A stretch of DNA of 63,932 nucleotides, filler included, from Ministeria vibrans ATCC 50519 (GCA_943704425.1; 9 parts of 9 records of this genome joined end to end with filler, not necessarily neighbours in it); one strand, 5' to 3'; shown: positions 13,601-29,482, counted from the first letter of the whole stretch. Notes: generated by a model not told the origin, from the sequence alone. Program-made: numbers and translations.

Positions 13601-14616
13601 GTGGAAACGTCTCAAAGACGGTAAAGACGTTTCACATCCCATTCAAACACATAGCACTCAACCTATATTTGTCTTGGTATTGTTTACAGTTGGTGGACAG
13701 TTTCATCGGATTGACACGCGAATACGACAGATGGGAACTAATCGATCAAACCAAAGACAAATCATTCCAACTCTTCAAACGCACTCTCTCCGACACATCG
13801 TCAGCCAGCGAAAATGTCTTCTCTCTCAAAGGTATAGCGACTCATTTTCTAGCTGTGTTGCCTTGATACACTCGGTCGAACTCACTCTATTCGATTTGCT
13901 CACACTTTAACTCTTGATAGAAATGCTTTTGGTTGCACAACCACTGTCCAAAGTAAAAAAATTCTGTGCCGACTTCACCAAAGACCGTCAGTCGTGGGAC
14001 ATGCTCTTCAAAAGCGGACGCGACGTTGAGATGTTTGACGCAAACACCTCCGTCATGCATTGTCTCTTTACCCCTCCTCTCAAGGTACCCTCCCTACACA
14101 TCGTCTCAGTGTCTCTCAATGACTGTAACTGTTTGTGACTGTGTGTTGTACGCTGATTGGCACACACACACTGAACACAATATCAACCTCATCGTATCTT
14201 AGGGCAAAGTGCGTGACTTTAGTGTGATGCGACTATTCACTGAAGATCTTAACGGCGATGTCTTCATTCTCCTCAAGTCGGTGGTTCATCAGAAAATTCC
14301 AACCTCAGAAGATCTGTACGTAACATTCACTCTCTTTCTCTCTCTCACGCACACACAAACATCCTACACAAACACCCTCTTTCACGCCCTTTACTCTATG
14401 CCCATTCACTCACACACACACTTTTCCTCTCTTAGTGTTCGGGGCACATTCCAACTGACGGGCTTTCAGCTGTCGCCCGTCGACGACACACACACGCAAA
14501 TCACGTACATTTCGCAGATTGACTGGGATCTTGACTGTGCCAAACTCGCTAAACTCGCAAAGAAACTCACGGTTCTTCCCAAACTGGCAAAAATTCTCGC
14601 AAAATCCAAAAAATAA
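10638..14616 (+). CDS. START-RGS-START multidomain protein (many exons)
   Basis: Spliced translation gives START-like 1 (RQRWDPQL..SELIEELG...RNREFLV...LRKSL..HP.AP....VR...SGF), an RGS domain (YFARFLETEYNSETLEFYNAVE, KYIKDGSPRQVNLS..TR..I, DLAQRAVVDLMLHDPYRRFL) and START 2 (RQSWDMLF..G..VE, RDFSVMR, ILLKSVVHQKIP, VRG....GFQL.P....T.ITYISQID). Confidence 0.8.
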
Positions 14617-15004
14617 GAATTTTCTTCTCTTTTTGGGTTTTATCTTCTTATTATCTGGTTTGTTTTTTTAAAGTAGTAAAACAAGCCGATTAACTTCTTA
14701 TTCAGAAATTCACTCATTATTACATTGTTAGGAGTAGAGTATTGAGTGAAATGATAAAGAGATGATACTAACTTGACCAAAAGTGAAGAGAATTGACAGT
14801 CATCATGGACTGTTTTTTCCCCTTGTACCTCCTACCTTCAATAAGACACAAGTAGTCATGTAATAAAAACAAGTGAACCTGGCCTTCAGTTGTGATTTCA
14901 GACATTTTCAGACGTAGTTTGTGTGAAGTTTGTTTTTGACAAATTTGAACTAATTGAAAAGTTTTATTTTCCTTTTTTTATCTTATTATACATAGAGTCG
15001 CACC

Positions 15005-15360
15005 ATGTTACAGTGGCTCTTACTATTCAGCCGCCAAGGCAAAGTCCGCCTGCAGAAATGGTATCAGGCGTATCCACAGAAAGAGAAGAAGAAGATTACC
15101 AGAGAAGTAAGACAATCCACACGTCCCTGCGAGACCCCCCCGCCCGCTCCACTTGGTGCCCTGCCGCTATGGAGCGCGGCGCGGGGGCCGTCTGGAGGCT
15201 GTGGGAGACGCTGAACTCATTCAAACTCCTTTTTTCCATCGCTCTCCGCTTAAACCTCTCTCTCCTGATAGATTACCGCCATGATTCTGGCACGTAAAGC
15301 AAAGATGTGCAATTTTCTTGAGTGGAAGGAGTACAAGGTTGTCTACAAGCGGTAAGAAGA

Positions 15361-15391
<31 letters not shown>

Positions 15392-16126
15392 CGTCTCTCT
15401 CTTTCGGAAAACAATCACTCTACGAGTGCCCAGCGCACGCGTTGCTTGCCCACAGCGTCGACATGGCCATCTGTGGCGGCGATGCGGGCGCGTGCACGGC
15501 CTCGCCTCGCCTGCAACAGTGTCGTTTTGGGTTCTTACCGCTTCTTGTTTAGCTACGCGAGCTTATTCTTCTGCTGTGCCATCGACCAGGACGACAACGA
15601 GTTGATCTCTCTGGAGATCCTCCACAGATACGTCGAGCTGCTGGACAAGTACTTTGGGAGCGTCTGCGAACTCGACATCATTTTCAACTTTGAGAAGGTG
15701 TCGCGACTTGTCTGTCTGTCTCTCTCCCGCATCACTCACTCAGTCCCCCTCCTCTCGCACCCATAGGCCTACTTTTTGCTGGACGAACTTGTACTGGCAG
15801 GCGAGATTGCGGAGACAAGCAAGAAGAACGCGCTCAAGGCAATTGGGGCTCAGGTCAGTGTTACACTGCAACTCCCATTTTGTTTCTCTCCATCACTTTC
15901 TTTCGCTTTATTACTTTGTTTCTCTTCATCGCTTTGTTTCTCTTTATTACTAATTTGTTACTTTGTTTCTCTGTTTGTCTCTCTGTTACTGTCTCTGTCT
16001 CTGTCTTTCGAGAGAGAGAGAGAGCGAGCTCTCGCCAGACTAACCTTTATGTTTGAAAATTAGGATGCGCTCCAAGACGAACTTGAGGCAGAGGAACTTG
16101 GTGTTGTTGGGTTGGGGCTGAAGTAG
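15005..16126 (+). CDS. AP1S: AP-1 complex subunit sigma
   Basis: [81 protein letters not shown]. Confidence 0.95.
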
Positions 16127-16424
16127 TAGTAGATTACAACGTTTTTTCGTATTTTTTTCTAATGTATCGTATTGAACATTGAACGAGGGACTTGTCTGAG
16201 TGAGAATTGTCTCTCAGCAATTGACGGATATGCGGGCAGGTAGCAGTCGACACCAAGCTGGCCAGTGGTCATTGCGGCAGTTGATGGAGTGGACAATTTC
16301 TTTTTTAATGTGTGTTTTATTCACTAAAGGAGAAGTAAATTCACTCATGAATAGACTCAACTCATCATTTCATAATTGATCATTCATCAATCAACTTTAA
16401 TCTACTGTCCGCTGTTGTCTCGAC

Positions 16425-16950
16425 ATGGCCCCAAGCCCTGTGGAAGACATTGAAGATGACGAAGTAGACGACTACAGCACGCGCATTCGTCGGAAACACC
16501 AGGAGAGGGACAGTACGCTGAAAAGTCGCGCAGAGGACGAGTCACGGGGAGCGTTCGATCACTACCAGGCGCCAATCATGCGCCCCAAGCTGGTCAACAC
16601 CGTCACAAGTGCGCCCGTGGTCTTCTCGCTGTGGTTGGGAGGCGCAGTCGGTACAGATGAGCCAAACGCGTTTGCGAATCGCACTCACTCTCTTCTTTTC
16701 GCTCTCACTCTCTTTTCCGTCGCGTGCCAAGGCGCTGGCTTTGGTTATGGGTTTGCGGTGATAATCAACAGACGGCAAAATGTGCTCGCCTTCATGTCAG
16801 GTAAGCGAATTCAACACACTGACACATTTCCTACCCATTGCATATCATAACATATCACATCACATACCATTTCTCAAAGGGGGTATGACTGCGTTCACTG
16901 GAATCACCGCCGCCTATATTCTCCCGATGATTCGGGGAACGGACGAGTAG
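16425..16950 (+). CDS. Small membrane protein with GxxxG helices, possibly Romo1/Mgr2 (Tim17 clan)-like; 3 exons
   Basis: Spliced product ends FSLWLGGAVGAGFGYGFAVIINRRQNVLAFMSGGMTAFTGITAAYILPMIRGTDE*. The family guess is weak. Confidence 0.4.
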
Positions 16951-17136
16951 CCAAATTGTGTATCATTATCATGTGTAGTGTAATAATTATCACCCAACGA
17001 GCAGAAGGGTACTGTAGCAGTATACTGCCGTACACAGTCAATTCTATGCAACGGATCGGAAAACAAACTCTACTTGATACACATTCTTCCTTCTCTCTCT
17101 CTCTATCACTTTCTCTCTCTCTCTCTCTCTATCACT

Positions 17137-17167
<31 letters not shown>

Positions 17168-17173
17168 ATTCGT

Positions 17174-17415
17174 TCACACAATGACCAAACCAGCGCCCGT
17201 CTTGAAGAAGACAACATCCCCCTCGTTGGGCGTGCCGCACCACTCGTCCCAGATGCGCCCTACCAGAAACGCCTGAAACGTGTCCTCCTTGTCCAGCTGT
17301 TGCAGTCGCTGTCGCAGCTCAACCGCCGTCAGCGACTCCTCGCCATCGCGGAACGCCCCCAGTGTTGCTGGCCCAAGGGCCCGTTGAAGCAGCTCGGTCA
17401 GACGCGTGCGCGTCC
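17174..17415 (-). CDS. Partial exon of unidentified protein
   Basis: Open, coding-like frame TRLTELLQRALG...FQAFLVGRIWDEWCGTPNEGDVVFFKTG at the contig end. Confidence 0.45.
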
Positions 17416-17515
17416 NNNNNNNNNNNNNNNNNNNNNNNNNNNNNNNNNNNNNNNNNNNNTTAATTAATTAANNNNNNNNNNNNNNNNNNNNNNNNNNNNN
17501 NNNNNNNNNNNNNNN

Positions 17516-17628
<113 letters not shown>

Positions 17629-17659
17629 CTGTGTCTCGTACTGTGTGTGTGCTTTTTAG

Positions 17660-18916
17660 AACTCATTCCGGAGCATGTATAACTGGCAAGTAGTGCACTC
17701 GCTGCGACTGTGGGCGACACTGCTCGCCACACATGCTACAGCCACAGACGATCCGCTGCGTCCTCTTGTTTTCCCGCTTGTGCAAGTCATCTCAGGGACC
17801 ATTCGGTACGCGAAAACTACACAAACTACACGCCGAGAGACACAAGAGGATAGAGTTACATGTTTAGAAAGATTTGACGTAGAGAGAGACATATTTTGAA
17901 TATTTTTTTTTTTTTTTAGACTTGTTCCCACAGCTCGATTCTTCCCTCTGCGGTTCCACTTGGTGCACACGCTGAACACTCTCTCTGCTGCCACGCACAC
18001 GTTTATTCCCATTGCGCCGTTCCTTCTTGACGTGTTCGCCTCAAAGGCCCTGCAGACGGCTGGAAAGAAATCGCAGAACACTGTGCCCCCCAACTTCTCC
18101 ACGCTGCTCAAGATCACTCCGCAGGTGCTGCAAACGCGACTATGTCACGAGATTATTGTCAACAAGGCCACCCAGGTGAGTATTGCGGGTTGTTGTCATT
18201 AGGGTTAGAGTTAGAGTTACACATCTTTGTCATTGTTATTGGTTACACTTGGAAGTAGTGATAGTGTGATAGTTATACGGCTCACTTTTTTACCTTACTC
18301 TTTAGCTTCTGCTGCAACACTTGAGCCAATGGGCCTACTCTATCTCATTCCCGGAGATTGCCTTTCCCGTCGTCTTGCGCGTAAGCGTCTTATACAAAAT
18401 AATCTCTGTTGTCTAAACGTTTCTCTCTGGTTTTTCACCCAGTTGCGACGATTTGCCAAAGAGACACAGAACATCAAAATGAGCAAAACGCTGCGAACGG
18501 CGATCAGTAAGATTGAAGAAGGAGCGCAGCAGATTACACGGGAGCGCAACAGTGTGACGTTTACGCCGAAGGACGTCGAACAGGCAGTCGAGTGGAGCCA
18601 GGGGGTGGCAAAGCGGATGCGAAGTGCACTGGTGGTGTATGCCGGGAATTGGATGCGGGTGCAGGGAGTGGTAGGAGAGGAGGAAGAGGACGAGGGGGAG
18701 ACGGTTGTGGTGGAGAAGAGGAAGAAGAAGGAGAAGGAAAAGACGGTGGTGGAAGGGAAGAAGAGGAAACGAGTCGAGGTGGAGGACGACGACGACGATG
18801 ATGATGAAGACGACGACGAGGAGGAGGAGGATGTGGTGGAGGAGTTGATGTGGAGCGATGAGGAGGAGGAGGACGACGACGATGATGAGGAGGAGGAAAG
18901 TGAGGAGAGCGACTGA
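17660..18916 (+). CDS. NOC2L: Nucleolar complex protein 2, C-terminal part
   Basis: YNWQVVHSLRLW, LRPLVFPLVQV..G, LVPTARFFPLRFH, FIPIAPFLL, WAYSISFPEIAFPVVLRLRRFAK, followed by an acidic tail. Confidence 0.9.
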
Positions 18917-18969
18917 ACACCGAGACCCATCAGACAAACACTTCACATTCACACTTGGTACACTTTTCT

Positions 18970-20062
18970 TTATTGTTGTTGGTTGTTTGAGGGATTGAGT
19001 TGGAAAATGAGGTGATCGACTTTGTCCATGATGAGTTTTTGGTCACGTTCGATTTGTTTGACGATTTCCTCAAGAGATCGGAAGTCTCCGGGAAGAAAGT
19101 GAGCAAGCAGAACGAGAAGAGCAATGGAGAGACAAGTGAAGGAGCGGAGTTGGCCGAGGAAGACAAAGAGGGGTTGGGTCGGGTCTAGGGGTGAGGCGGA
19201 GGGAGTGGAGGGGGCGAAGACGACGTAAAAGTGGACGACGAGGTTGACGAGCAGAAGAATGCGGCAGGGGACGACGACGCGACTGCGTCGGATGGAGAAC
19301 ATGGTCGCAACGAGCGCAAAGAGTGCCACAAGCACAATTGAGATGGTCCATTCGACTGCTGCCATGCTCAGCAAGAAGAAGTGGTGGGGTTCCGTGCCGC
19401 ATGCATCCCCTGTGCATGATAGGTGCCCGAATCGGCTGTACATCTCGCGTGATTTGCTGTCCGACAAGACCTTCCGTGCTATTACATGGCCAACGTACAG
19501 TCAATAGGTCTCTCTCGTTTGATCAGCAGATGCTACCGTTTTCCAAGTTCATAAAGCGTGTTGCATTGCCTCCCTTGTCGGGGTGTTCGGTGCGTGAGAG
19601 TTCGCGGAAACGTGCTCGAATGGCCGGTGACGTCGCAGTCGCATCCTAAGCACACAGACGATCAGCCACGTCAGCTGCTCTCCCAACAGCCCACGCCGGA
19701 GCACATCCTTTCTACCAGCACACCCGCTTTACCAGATTCAGAAGGGTGTAGTTGTTCGGGGGGACGTTGGACGTCTGGGCGATGTGTGCGAGGGCAATGG
19801 CGCCGACGACGACCACGACCGTGTAGAGGAGCTTGTTGTGCGACACGCGCGCATCCCTCCCGCCCGGTGCATTGGTGTCTGTAGGGGCGGGCGTTAGCGC
19901 AAGCAGGAACGATGCCAAGAGGCGTTGAGAGGGGAGTGGGGCGATACCAGTCTTTGTCGTTCGTCGACAGCATCGCGAGACAAGTCCCCAGACGCTCAGG
20001 CTACAAAACAGCACAAAGCAGAGCAGCAGGGAAAGTGTTGAGTCTTCTAATTCTTTCGTCAT
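18970..20062 (-). CDS. Membrane-anchored DnaJ/J-domain protein
   Basis: Spliced J domain NNYTLLNL-DATATSPAIRARFRELSRTEHPDKGGNATRFMNLENARKVLSDSKSREMYSRFG with HPD motif, flanked by hydrophobic segments. Confidence 0.8.
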
Positions 20063-20442
20063 GCTGTGGTGTATAATAATAAAACTTGTGAAACTAAACT
20101 CAGTGTCAGCTGTCACAATAATATTATGATACAAACCTTTACCAGATACAAGTCAGTCTGGAGTCAACAGTCAGTCAGGCACCCAGGCTCAGTCTGTCTA
20201 CTTAGTCACCATTCACCATCATTAAGGTCATGATTCATGAGTAGGTCATGTTAAGTCACTGTCAAGTGAATGTCAAGTCAACATAGAGAATAATTTGTTC
20301 GGAATTTTTCTTTCTTAGCCACACATTCTCCAATACACGCACAAGTACCTGGTCTATTCACCCTGTCTCATCTGTTGACTATATACGGACGAGATGATGC
20401 GATGGGAGCACTGAGAACTTTTCGGTTTGCTTTTCAGAATAA

Positions 20443-20795
20443 ATGGCGATCCACAGCAAGCCAGCAGACGTTGTAGGGCGCCATGTGAGTCCCGCCAACC
20501 CGTCAATGTGTGCAATTGTCGACGGGGATAGCATTTGCCTTTTTGACACGAGCAAGGAAGGCGAGCGACATTGGCTTAACAACGCAACTCTCACGGGTCA
20601 CACTGAATGGGTCGAGTCTGTCGCGTTCTCCCCCGACGGGCGCACATTGGCAAGCGCATCCTACGACAAGACCATCCGAGTGTGGTCGGTGGCAGACGGG
20701 TCTCTCTTGCGCACTCTCACGGGTCACTCCAGCAGCGTCGTGTCTGTCGCGTTCTCCCCCGACGGGCGCACATTGGCAAGCGCATCCTACGACAA
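20443..20795 (+). CDS. WD40-repeat protein with near-identical 42-aa repeats (truncated by contig end)
   Basis: TLTGH...[18 protein letters not shown] twice, 126-bp unit. Confidence 0.85.
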
Positions 20796-20895
20796 NNNNN
20801 NNNNNNNNNNNNNNNNNNNNNNNNNNNNNNNNNNNNNNNTTAATTAATTAANNNNNNNNNNNNNNNNNNNNNNNNNNNNNNNNNNNNNNNNNNNN

Positions 20896-21000
20896 GTGTT
20901 TTTTTTTTTTTTTTTGCCCTGATGTTTAGACATTGGCGAGTGTTCCAAGACGCATTTGCCCAATCACAAGGTACGATCCCTCTTGTCTTTGCCACATAAG
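20896..21000 (+). pseudogene. Diverged duplicate fragment of LUC7 intron1/exon2/intron2
   Basis: Matches about 24451-24581 (gccctgatgttta...gacattggcgagtgttccaaga.gcatttgcccaatcacaaggtacgatccctcttg.ctttgccacataag) with two substitutions and a ~28-nt deletion removing the splice acceptor. Confidence 0.8.
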
Positions 21001-21368
21001 GCTTGCTTGCGTTCTGTACTCACAGACACAAAGATGAGTACCACTTCGGGGCATACACGTCCAAATTTTACCGCATGCCCCGAGGCGTAGAAGCGGTACT
21101 TGTTGGGCGGAAGCACAAAACCCGTTCTTGGAATCTTTTCACAATCGTAAACTTGCTCTTGCCCTAAAATATGATGAAAGACGTCGTGAGTATGTGTCAC
21201 GATAAGATGAGACAACGAATAGACCCCCAATGAGTGATGATGTTTCTCAGTCGGAGGACATTAGCCTGCTGGTCGGGATGGTCAACCAATCAATTGAATA
21301 CAAACACACGTCTTTACATATAATTATATTTGCAATAGGACACATTTTCACATCAGCTTTATTGTCAT

Positions 21369-23764
21369 TCATAGAAGAACATTGATTGCTTTCTTGGCAA
21401 AAGCATGACCGTCAATGGCCATGTTCAGCAGGAGGGCAAGTGCGCCACTTTGCCGGATAGCGGTCTTGGCGTCGCTGTTGCCCTTCGCCAATCGAAGTAA
21501 GAGAGATACACTCTTCTCCTTTGGCTGGTTGGGTGTGTTTGGACAGCCCAACAGGGCCACCACTGCCTCAAGCACACCTGCGTGTACAACTGTAACTTGG
21601 TTATCGTCGTTGGAGGACAGGTTTTGCAGGGCACCCACTGCATACTCCTTGGCAGTGTCGCTTCCACTGCGCAACACAGCAATCAGTGACCCAATCGCAC
21701 CTGCGCGTGTAATCGTCACTTTGTTGTCGCTGTTGACGGACAGGTTCTGCAGCGCACCCGCTGCATTCTCCTTGGCAGTAGCGGTTCCACTGCGCAACAC
21801 AGCAATCAGTGGCTCAACCGCACCTGCGCGTGCAATCGTCCCTTCGTTGTCGTCGTTGATGGAGAGGTTCATCAGCGCACCCGCCGCATTCTCCTTGGCA
21901 GTGTCGGTTCCACTGCGCAATACAGCAATCAGTGGCTCAATCCCATCTGCGCCTGCAATCGTCACTTGGTTGTCGGTGTTGAAGGCCAGGCTCATCAGCG
22001 CACCCGCGGCATTCTCCTTGGCAGTGTCGGTTCCACTGCGCAACACAGCAATCAGTGGCTCAATCCCACCTGCACCTGCAATCGTCACTTTGTTGTCGCT
22101 GTTGACGGACAGGTTCATCAGCGCATGCGCGGCATTCTCCTTGGCAGTGTCGGTTCCACTGCGCAACACAGCAATCAGTGGCTCAATCCCACCTGCACGT
22201 GCAATCCTCACTTTGTTGTCGTCGTTGTCGGCGAGGTTCATCAGCGCATGCGCGGCATTCTCCTTGGCTCGGTCGGTTCCACGGCGCACCAGAGCAATCA
22301 GTGGCTCAATCGCAGATGCGCGTGCAATTCTCACTTTGTTGTCGTCGTTGTCGGCGAGGTTCATCAGCGCACCCGCGGCATTCTCCTTGGCTCCGTCGGT
22401 TCCACGGCGCACCAGAGCAATCAGTGGCTCGATCGCACCTGCGCGTGTAATCGTCACTTTGTTGTCGTCGTTGAAGGCCAGATTCTCCAGCGCACCCGCG
22501 GCATTCTCCTTGGCAGTGTCGGTTCCACTGCGCACCAGTGCAATCAGTGGCTCAATCGCACCTGCGCGTGCAATCGTCACTTTGTTGTCGTCGCTATGGG
22601 CCAGATTCCACAGCGCGCACGCCACATTCTCCATGGCTCGGTCGGTTCCATTACGCATCAGAGCAATCAGTGGCCCAATCGCACCTGCGCGTGCAATCGT
22701 CGCTTTGTTATGGCTGTTGACGGCGAGGTTCATCAGCGCACACGCGGCATTCTCTTTGGCTCGGCCGGTTCCACTGCGCACCAGAGCAATAAGTGCCTCA
22801 ATCCCACCTGCGCCTGCAATCGTCACGTCGTTGTTGTTGTTGTAGGCCAGCTTCGACAGCGCATCCGCCGCCGCCTCCTTGACAGTGTCGGTTCCACTGC
22901 GCGCCAGAGCAATCAGTGGCTCGATTGCACCTGCACGTGCAATCATCACTTGGTTGTCGTCGTTGAGGGCCAGGTTCAACAGCACACTCGCCGCATACTC
23001 CTTGGCAGTGTCGGTTCCACTGCGCACCAGAGCAATCAGTGGCTCAATCGCACCTGCGCCGGCAATCGTCACTTGGTTATGGGTGATGATGGAGAGGTTC
23101 ATCAGCGCACCCGCCGCCTTCTCCTTGGCAGTATTGGTTCCACTGCGCAACATATCAATCAGTGGCTCAATCGCACCTGCAATCGTCGCTTTGTTATCGT
23201 TGTTGAAAGCCAGGTTCTGCAGCGCACCCGCCGCATTCTTCTTGGCAGTGTCGGTTCCACTGCGCAACACAGCAATCAGTGGCTCAATCGCACCTGCGCG
23301 TGCAATCGTCACTTGGTTGTCACTGTCGAAGGCCAGCTTCTGCAGCGCAAACGCCGCCGTCTCCTTCGCCGAGTCTGAACCGACAACAAGAAGCGAAACA
23401 ATTGGAACGATCGCGCCTGCTTCGGTAATCGCCGCTCTCTGGGCGTCATCTTCGCAGGCATGCATGCCTAGCGCACTCAATGCCTCCTCCTTATCCATGT
23501 ATGGCACTTCACCACTGCGCAGCACGGTAACGAGAAACGCTGCGGCATTAAAATGAAGAAGAAAAAAAAGAGATTAAACTGACGCTCTGTCTGTCTATTT
23601 CGTAATGTCGTTCGAACTGTACTTAGCATACCAATGCAATTATTCCCGTCGTTTTGGTCTCGTTTTGCCCGTTTTCCTGGACGCGCAGGCAAGTCTTTCA
23701 GAGACTCCTCGATTTTCACGCTTTTCCGCTTTTTGTCGACCATTGTAGCTCGCCCACCGTCCAT
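21369..23764 (-). CDS. Armadillo-repeat protein, about 15 highly similar 41-aa repeats, with a basic NLS-like N-terminal exon
   Basis: Consensus AIEPLIA.LRSGTDTAKENAAGAL.NLA.N.DN.VTIA.AG. A short first exon (KKRK...KRAKR) is joined by a phase-compatible GT-AG intron. Confidence 0.9.
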
Positions 23765-24242
23765 TCGTTGTATTGTGTGGAATGTATTTAGCGCAGTAGT
23801 GCAGGTTAAATAATTACTGATTGACTGATTCCGCCCGGCGTCCGCCCCTCTTTGCTTTTGCATTCATATACTCATAATAATATTATATTTTGATACTTTT
23901 ATCAGGGTTTTGCTGTTTCAGTTTGTGTTTGCGAGAACGAAGCGCTTCAAAGCATAGTTTGACAACTTGCTCGCTCTCGGTCACTCGGTGTCCAGGTTGG
24001 GAGCACACAGTGTTTGTGATTCAAGAAGGTCCCACAAGCGTGTTAGACGTGAAATCATTCAGTTGTAACTTAAAAGTTTAATCAAATGACAAATCGTTTC
24101 ACCTTTTTTTGCTTCAGATCACCATGACGCACCAAGCGCGTGCTTTGCTGGACCAACTGATGGGCTTGAACCGCGACGAAATCCCCGGACAAGGCGAAGA
24201 ACTTCTCTACACCGNNNNNNNCTTTTTTTGCTTCAGATCACC

Positions 24243-26132
24243 ATGACGCACCAAGCGCGTGCTTTGCTGGACCAACTGATGGGCTTGAACCGCGACGAAA
24301 TCCCCGGACAAGGCGAAGAACTTCTCTACACCGATCCAAAAGTGTGCCGTCCCTTCCTGGAGGACCTATGCGGCAGCGAGCTCTTCCGAAACACCGTAAG
24401 TGGGAGCAAGTGCCCTGCCTGTGGCGCCAGCTGTCTTGTCGTGTCCCTGTGTGTTTTTTTTTTTTTTTGCCCTGATGTTTAACTCGTTTGTCCTTGACTG
24501 TAGAAAGAAGACATTGGCGAGTGTTCCAAGATGCATTTGCCCAATCACAAGGTACGATCCCTCTTGCCTTTGCCACATAAGCATGTCTGCGCGTGTGCGT
24601 TGCGCCTAATCGCCGCTTGCATCGGCAAAATCGCAGAAGAAAAAAAAATGATTTTGGCAAAAAAACGTCGTCGCGAAAATTATTCAAACTTTACCAATCA
24701 ATTGCACACGCGTTGCCACAAGGGTGGCACGACGGGCGAGGCATTGGTTATATGTGTGTTACCTTATTGTGCATGTGGTTTGGAGCTGGATAACAGCGCG
24801 AGAGAAAGGTCATGTCATGTCATGTCACGTTCAATGTAATGTCATGTACGTCTGTTGACTCGGTTCGTGAGCTGTCCGCCCGCCTGTCGTGTGCTTCCTG
24901 AGCGCTTTACTTCTCCACCGGAATGCGGTGTATCTAATACATATTGTGTCGTCTGTCTGGCCATCAGTCAGCCTGTGTCCGCTCCGCTACCCTTCATTGT
25001 GCTTGTCGCTTGGTTGTGTGTTTCCTTTTCGTTTGTGAGATTCATGTGTCTCTTTTTTTTAATTTTGCAGACAGAATACGATGCGGCTGTGGCCAGTGGT
25101 CGACAAGAGCCGTATCATGACGAACTATTTAACTACTTGTCCGATGTAAGTTGTGCCTCCTGTTTTGTCATGCCCGGAACCTAATCCTACAAAATCGTGT
25201 GACTACATTAGTTTGTGAACGAGAGCGATCGCAAGATCTCTCGCGCCAAAACGCGCATTGAGAGCTCAGCTTCCGAGACACCAGAGGCAACGGCACTGTC
25301 TAACAAGTAAGCATTGTCTTTTTTTTTTTTTTACTTTGTTCTCATCTGCATTATGTGTATGTGTACAGGATCCACGAGCTTTCCATCAAAATTGGCAGCA
25401 AAATGGCCGAGGCCGAGACTGCAGGCGCAGACGGACGGGTCGAAGAGTCACTTGCGTTGATGCAGGTACCGTTCAGCAGCCAGAGATCATGCGTTTCGTG
25501 ATCATAGGCTCATTTCATCTCCTGTGCTGTGTATTATATGTGTAGGAAGTGGAGACGTGCAAGAGCGAGAAACTGGCGGCCGAGCAGGAGTACTCGCGCG
25601 TGCAGGGACCCGAAGACTCGCGTCAGAAGCTACGTGTGTGTGATGTCTGTGCTGCCATGCTTAGTGTGACCGACAGCGACCGTCGTTTGGCCGATCACTT
25701 TGCTGGCAAAGTAACAAATAAATGAAAGGGAGAGAGCGTTAACATTGATTGATGATGTTTTTCTTGTTTTTGTAGATGCATCAGGGAATGCATTTGATGC
25801 GCACGAAACTGGCGGAGCTGCGCTCGTTGGGAGTGACAGGACGGCGCAAGGAGGCACCGCGGTCAAGTGGAGGAGGTGGTGGAGGGGTCGGGTACGAGCG
25901 GGAGCGAAGTCGAGGGAGGGGCTACGACGACGAGCGGCGCAGCGACAGAAGAGACGACTATGGACGACGGGACGATCGGGATCGCGACCGTGACTACCGT
26001 GATCGCAGTGGCGGTGGACGCGACCGAGACTACCGCGACCGAGACTACCGCGGTGGCTATGGCGGAAGTGGCGGCGGTTCCCGACGCGACGACTATGATC
26101 GCAGGGATCGCGACCGCGACCGTCGCTATTGA
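24243..26132 (+). CDS. LUC7: U1 snRNP-associated LUC7-like protein
   Basis: RALLDQLMG.NRD, ZnF1 VCRPFL.DLC..ELF.NTK.DIGEC...H, ZnF2 KLRVCDVCAAMLS..DSDRRLADHFAGKMHQG, and an RD/RS tail. Confidence 0.95.
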
Positions 26133-26237
26133 ACTATTACTTCTTTCGATTGTTATTATATTTGGGTGTGGATGTGTATGTGTGTCAGTTTGGACTTCGT
26201 CCATCTCTCGTTTCTCTCCATCGTCTTGATTCGTTGA

Positions 26238-29339
<3,102 letters not shown>

Positions 29340-29482
29340 GGCTGGCAGAGCAAAGAAGAAAAGTTACGTTGTTCACTTGACAGTTGACACTTGCTCATCA
29401 TTGATCATTACTCTACTTTAATGAAACTTAAACTTTAAAGTGAAAGAAAGCACAGTATTTCAAAACTCTTGCTTGTTGCGTC

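Noticed and set aside
21415-23556. Long plus-strand ORFs (476, 470 and 225 aa) over the ARM gene
   Set aside because: Antisense shadows of a repetitive coding sequence that lacks stops in other frames.
24103-24333. Tandem duplication of LUC7 exon 1 start
   Set aside because: The two copies are identical and separated by a short N run; typical unmerged contig overlap in scaffolding.
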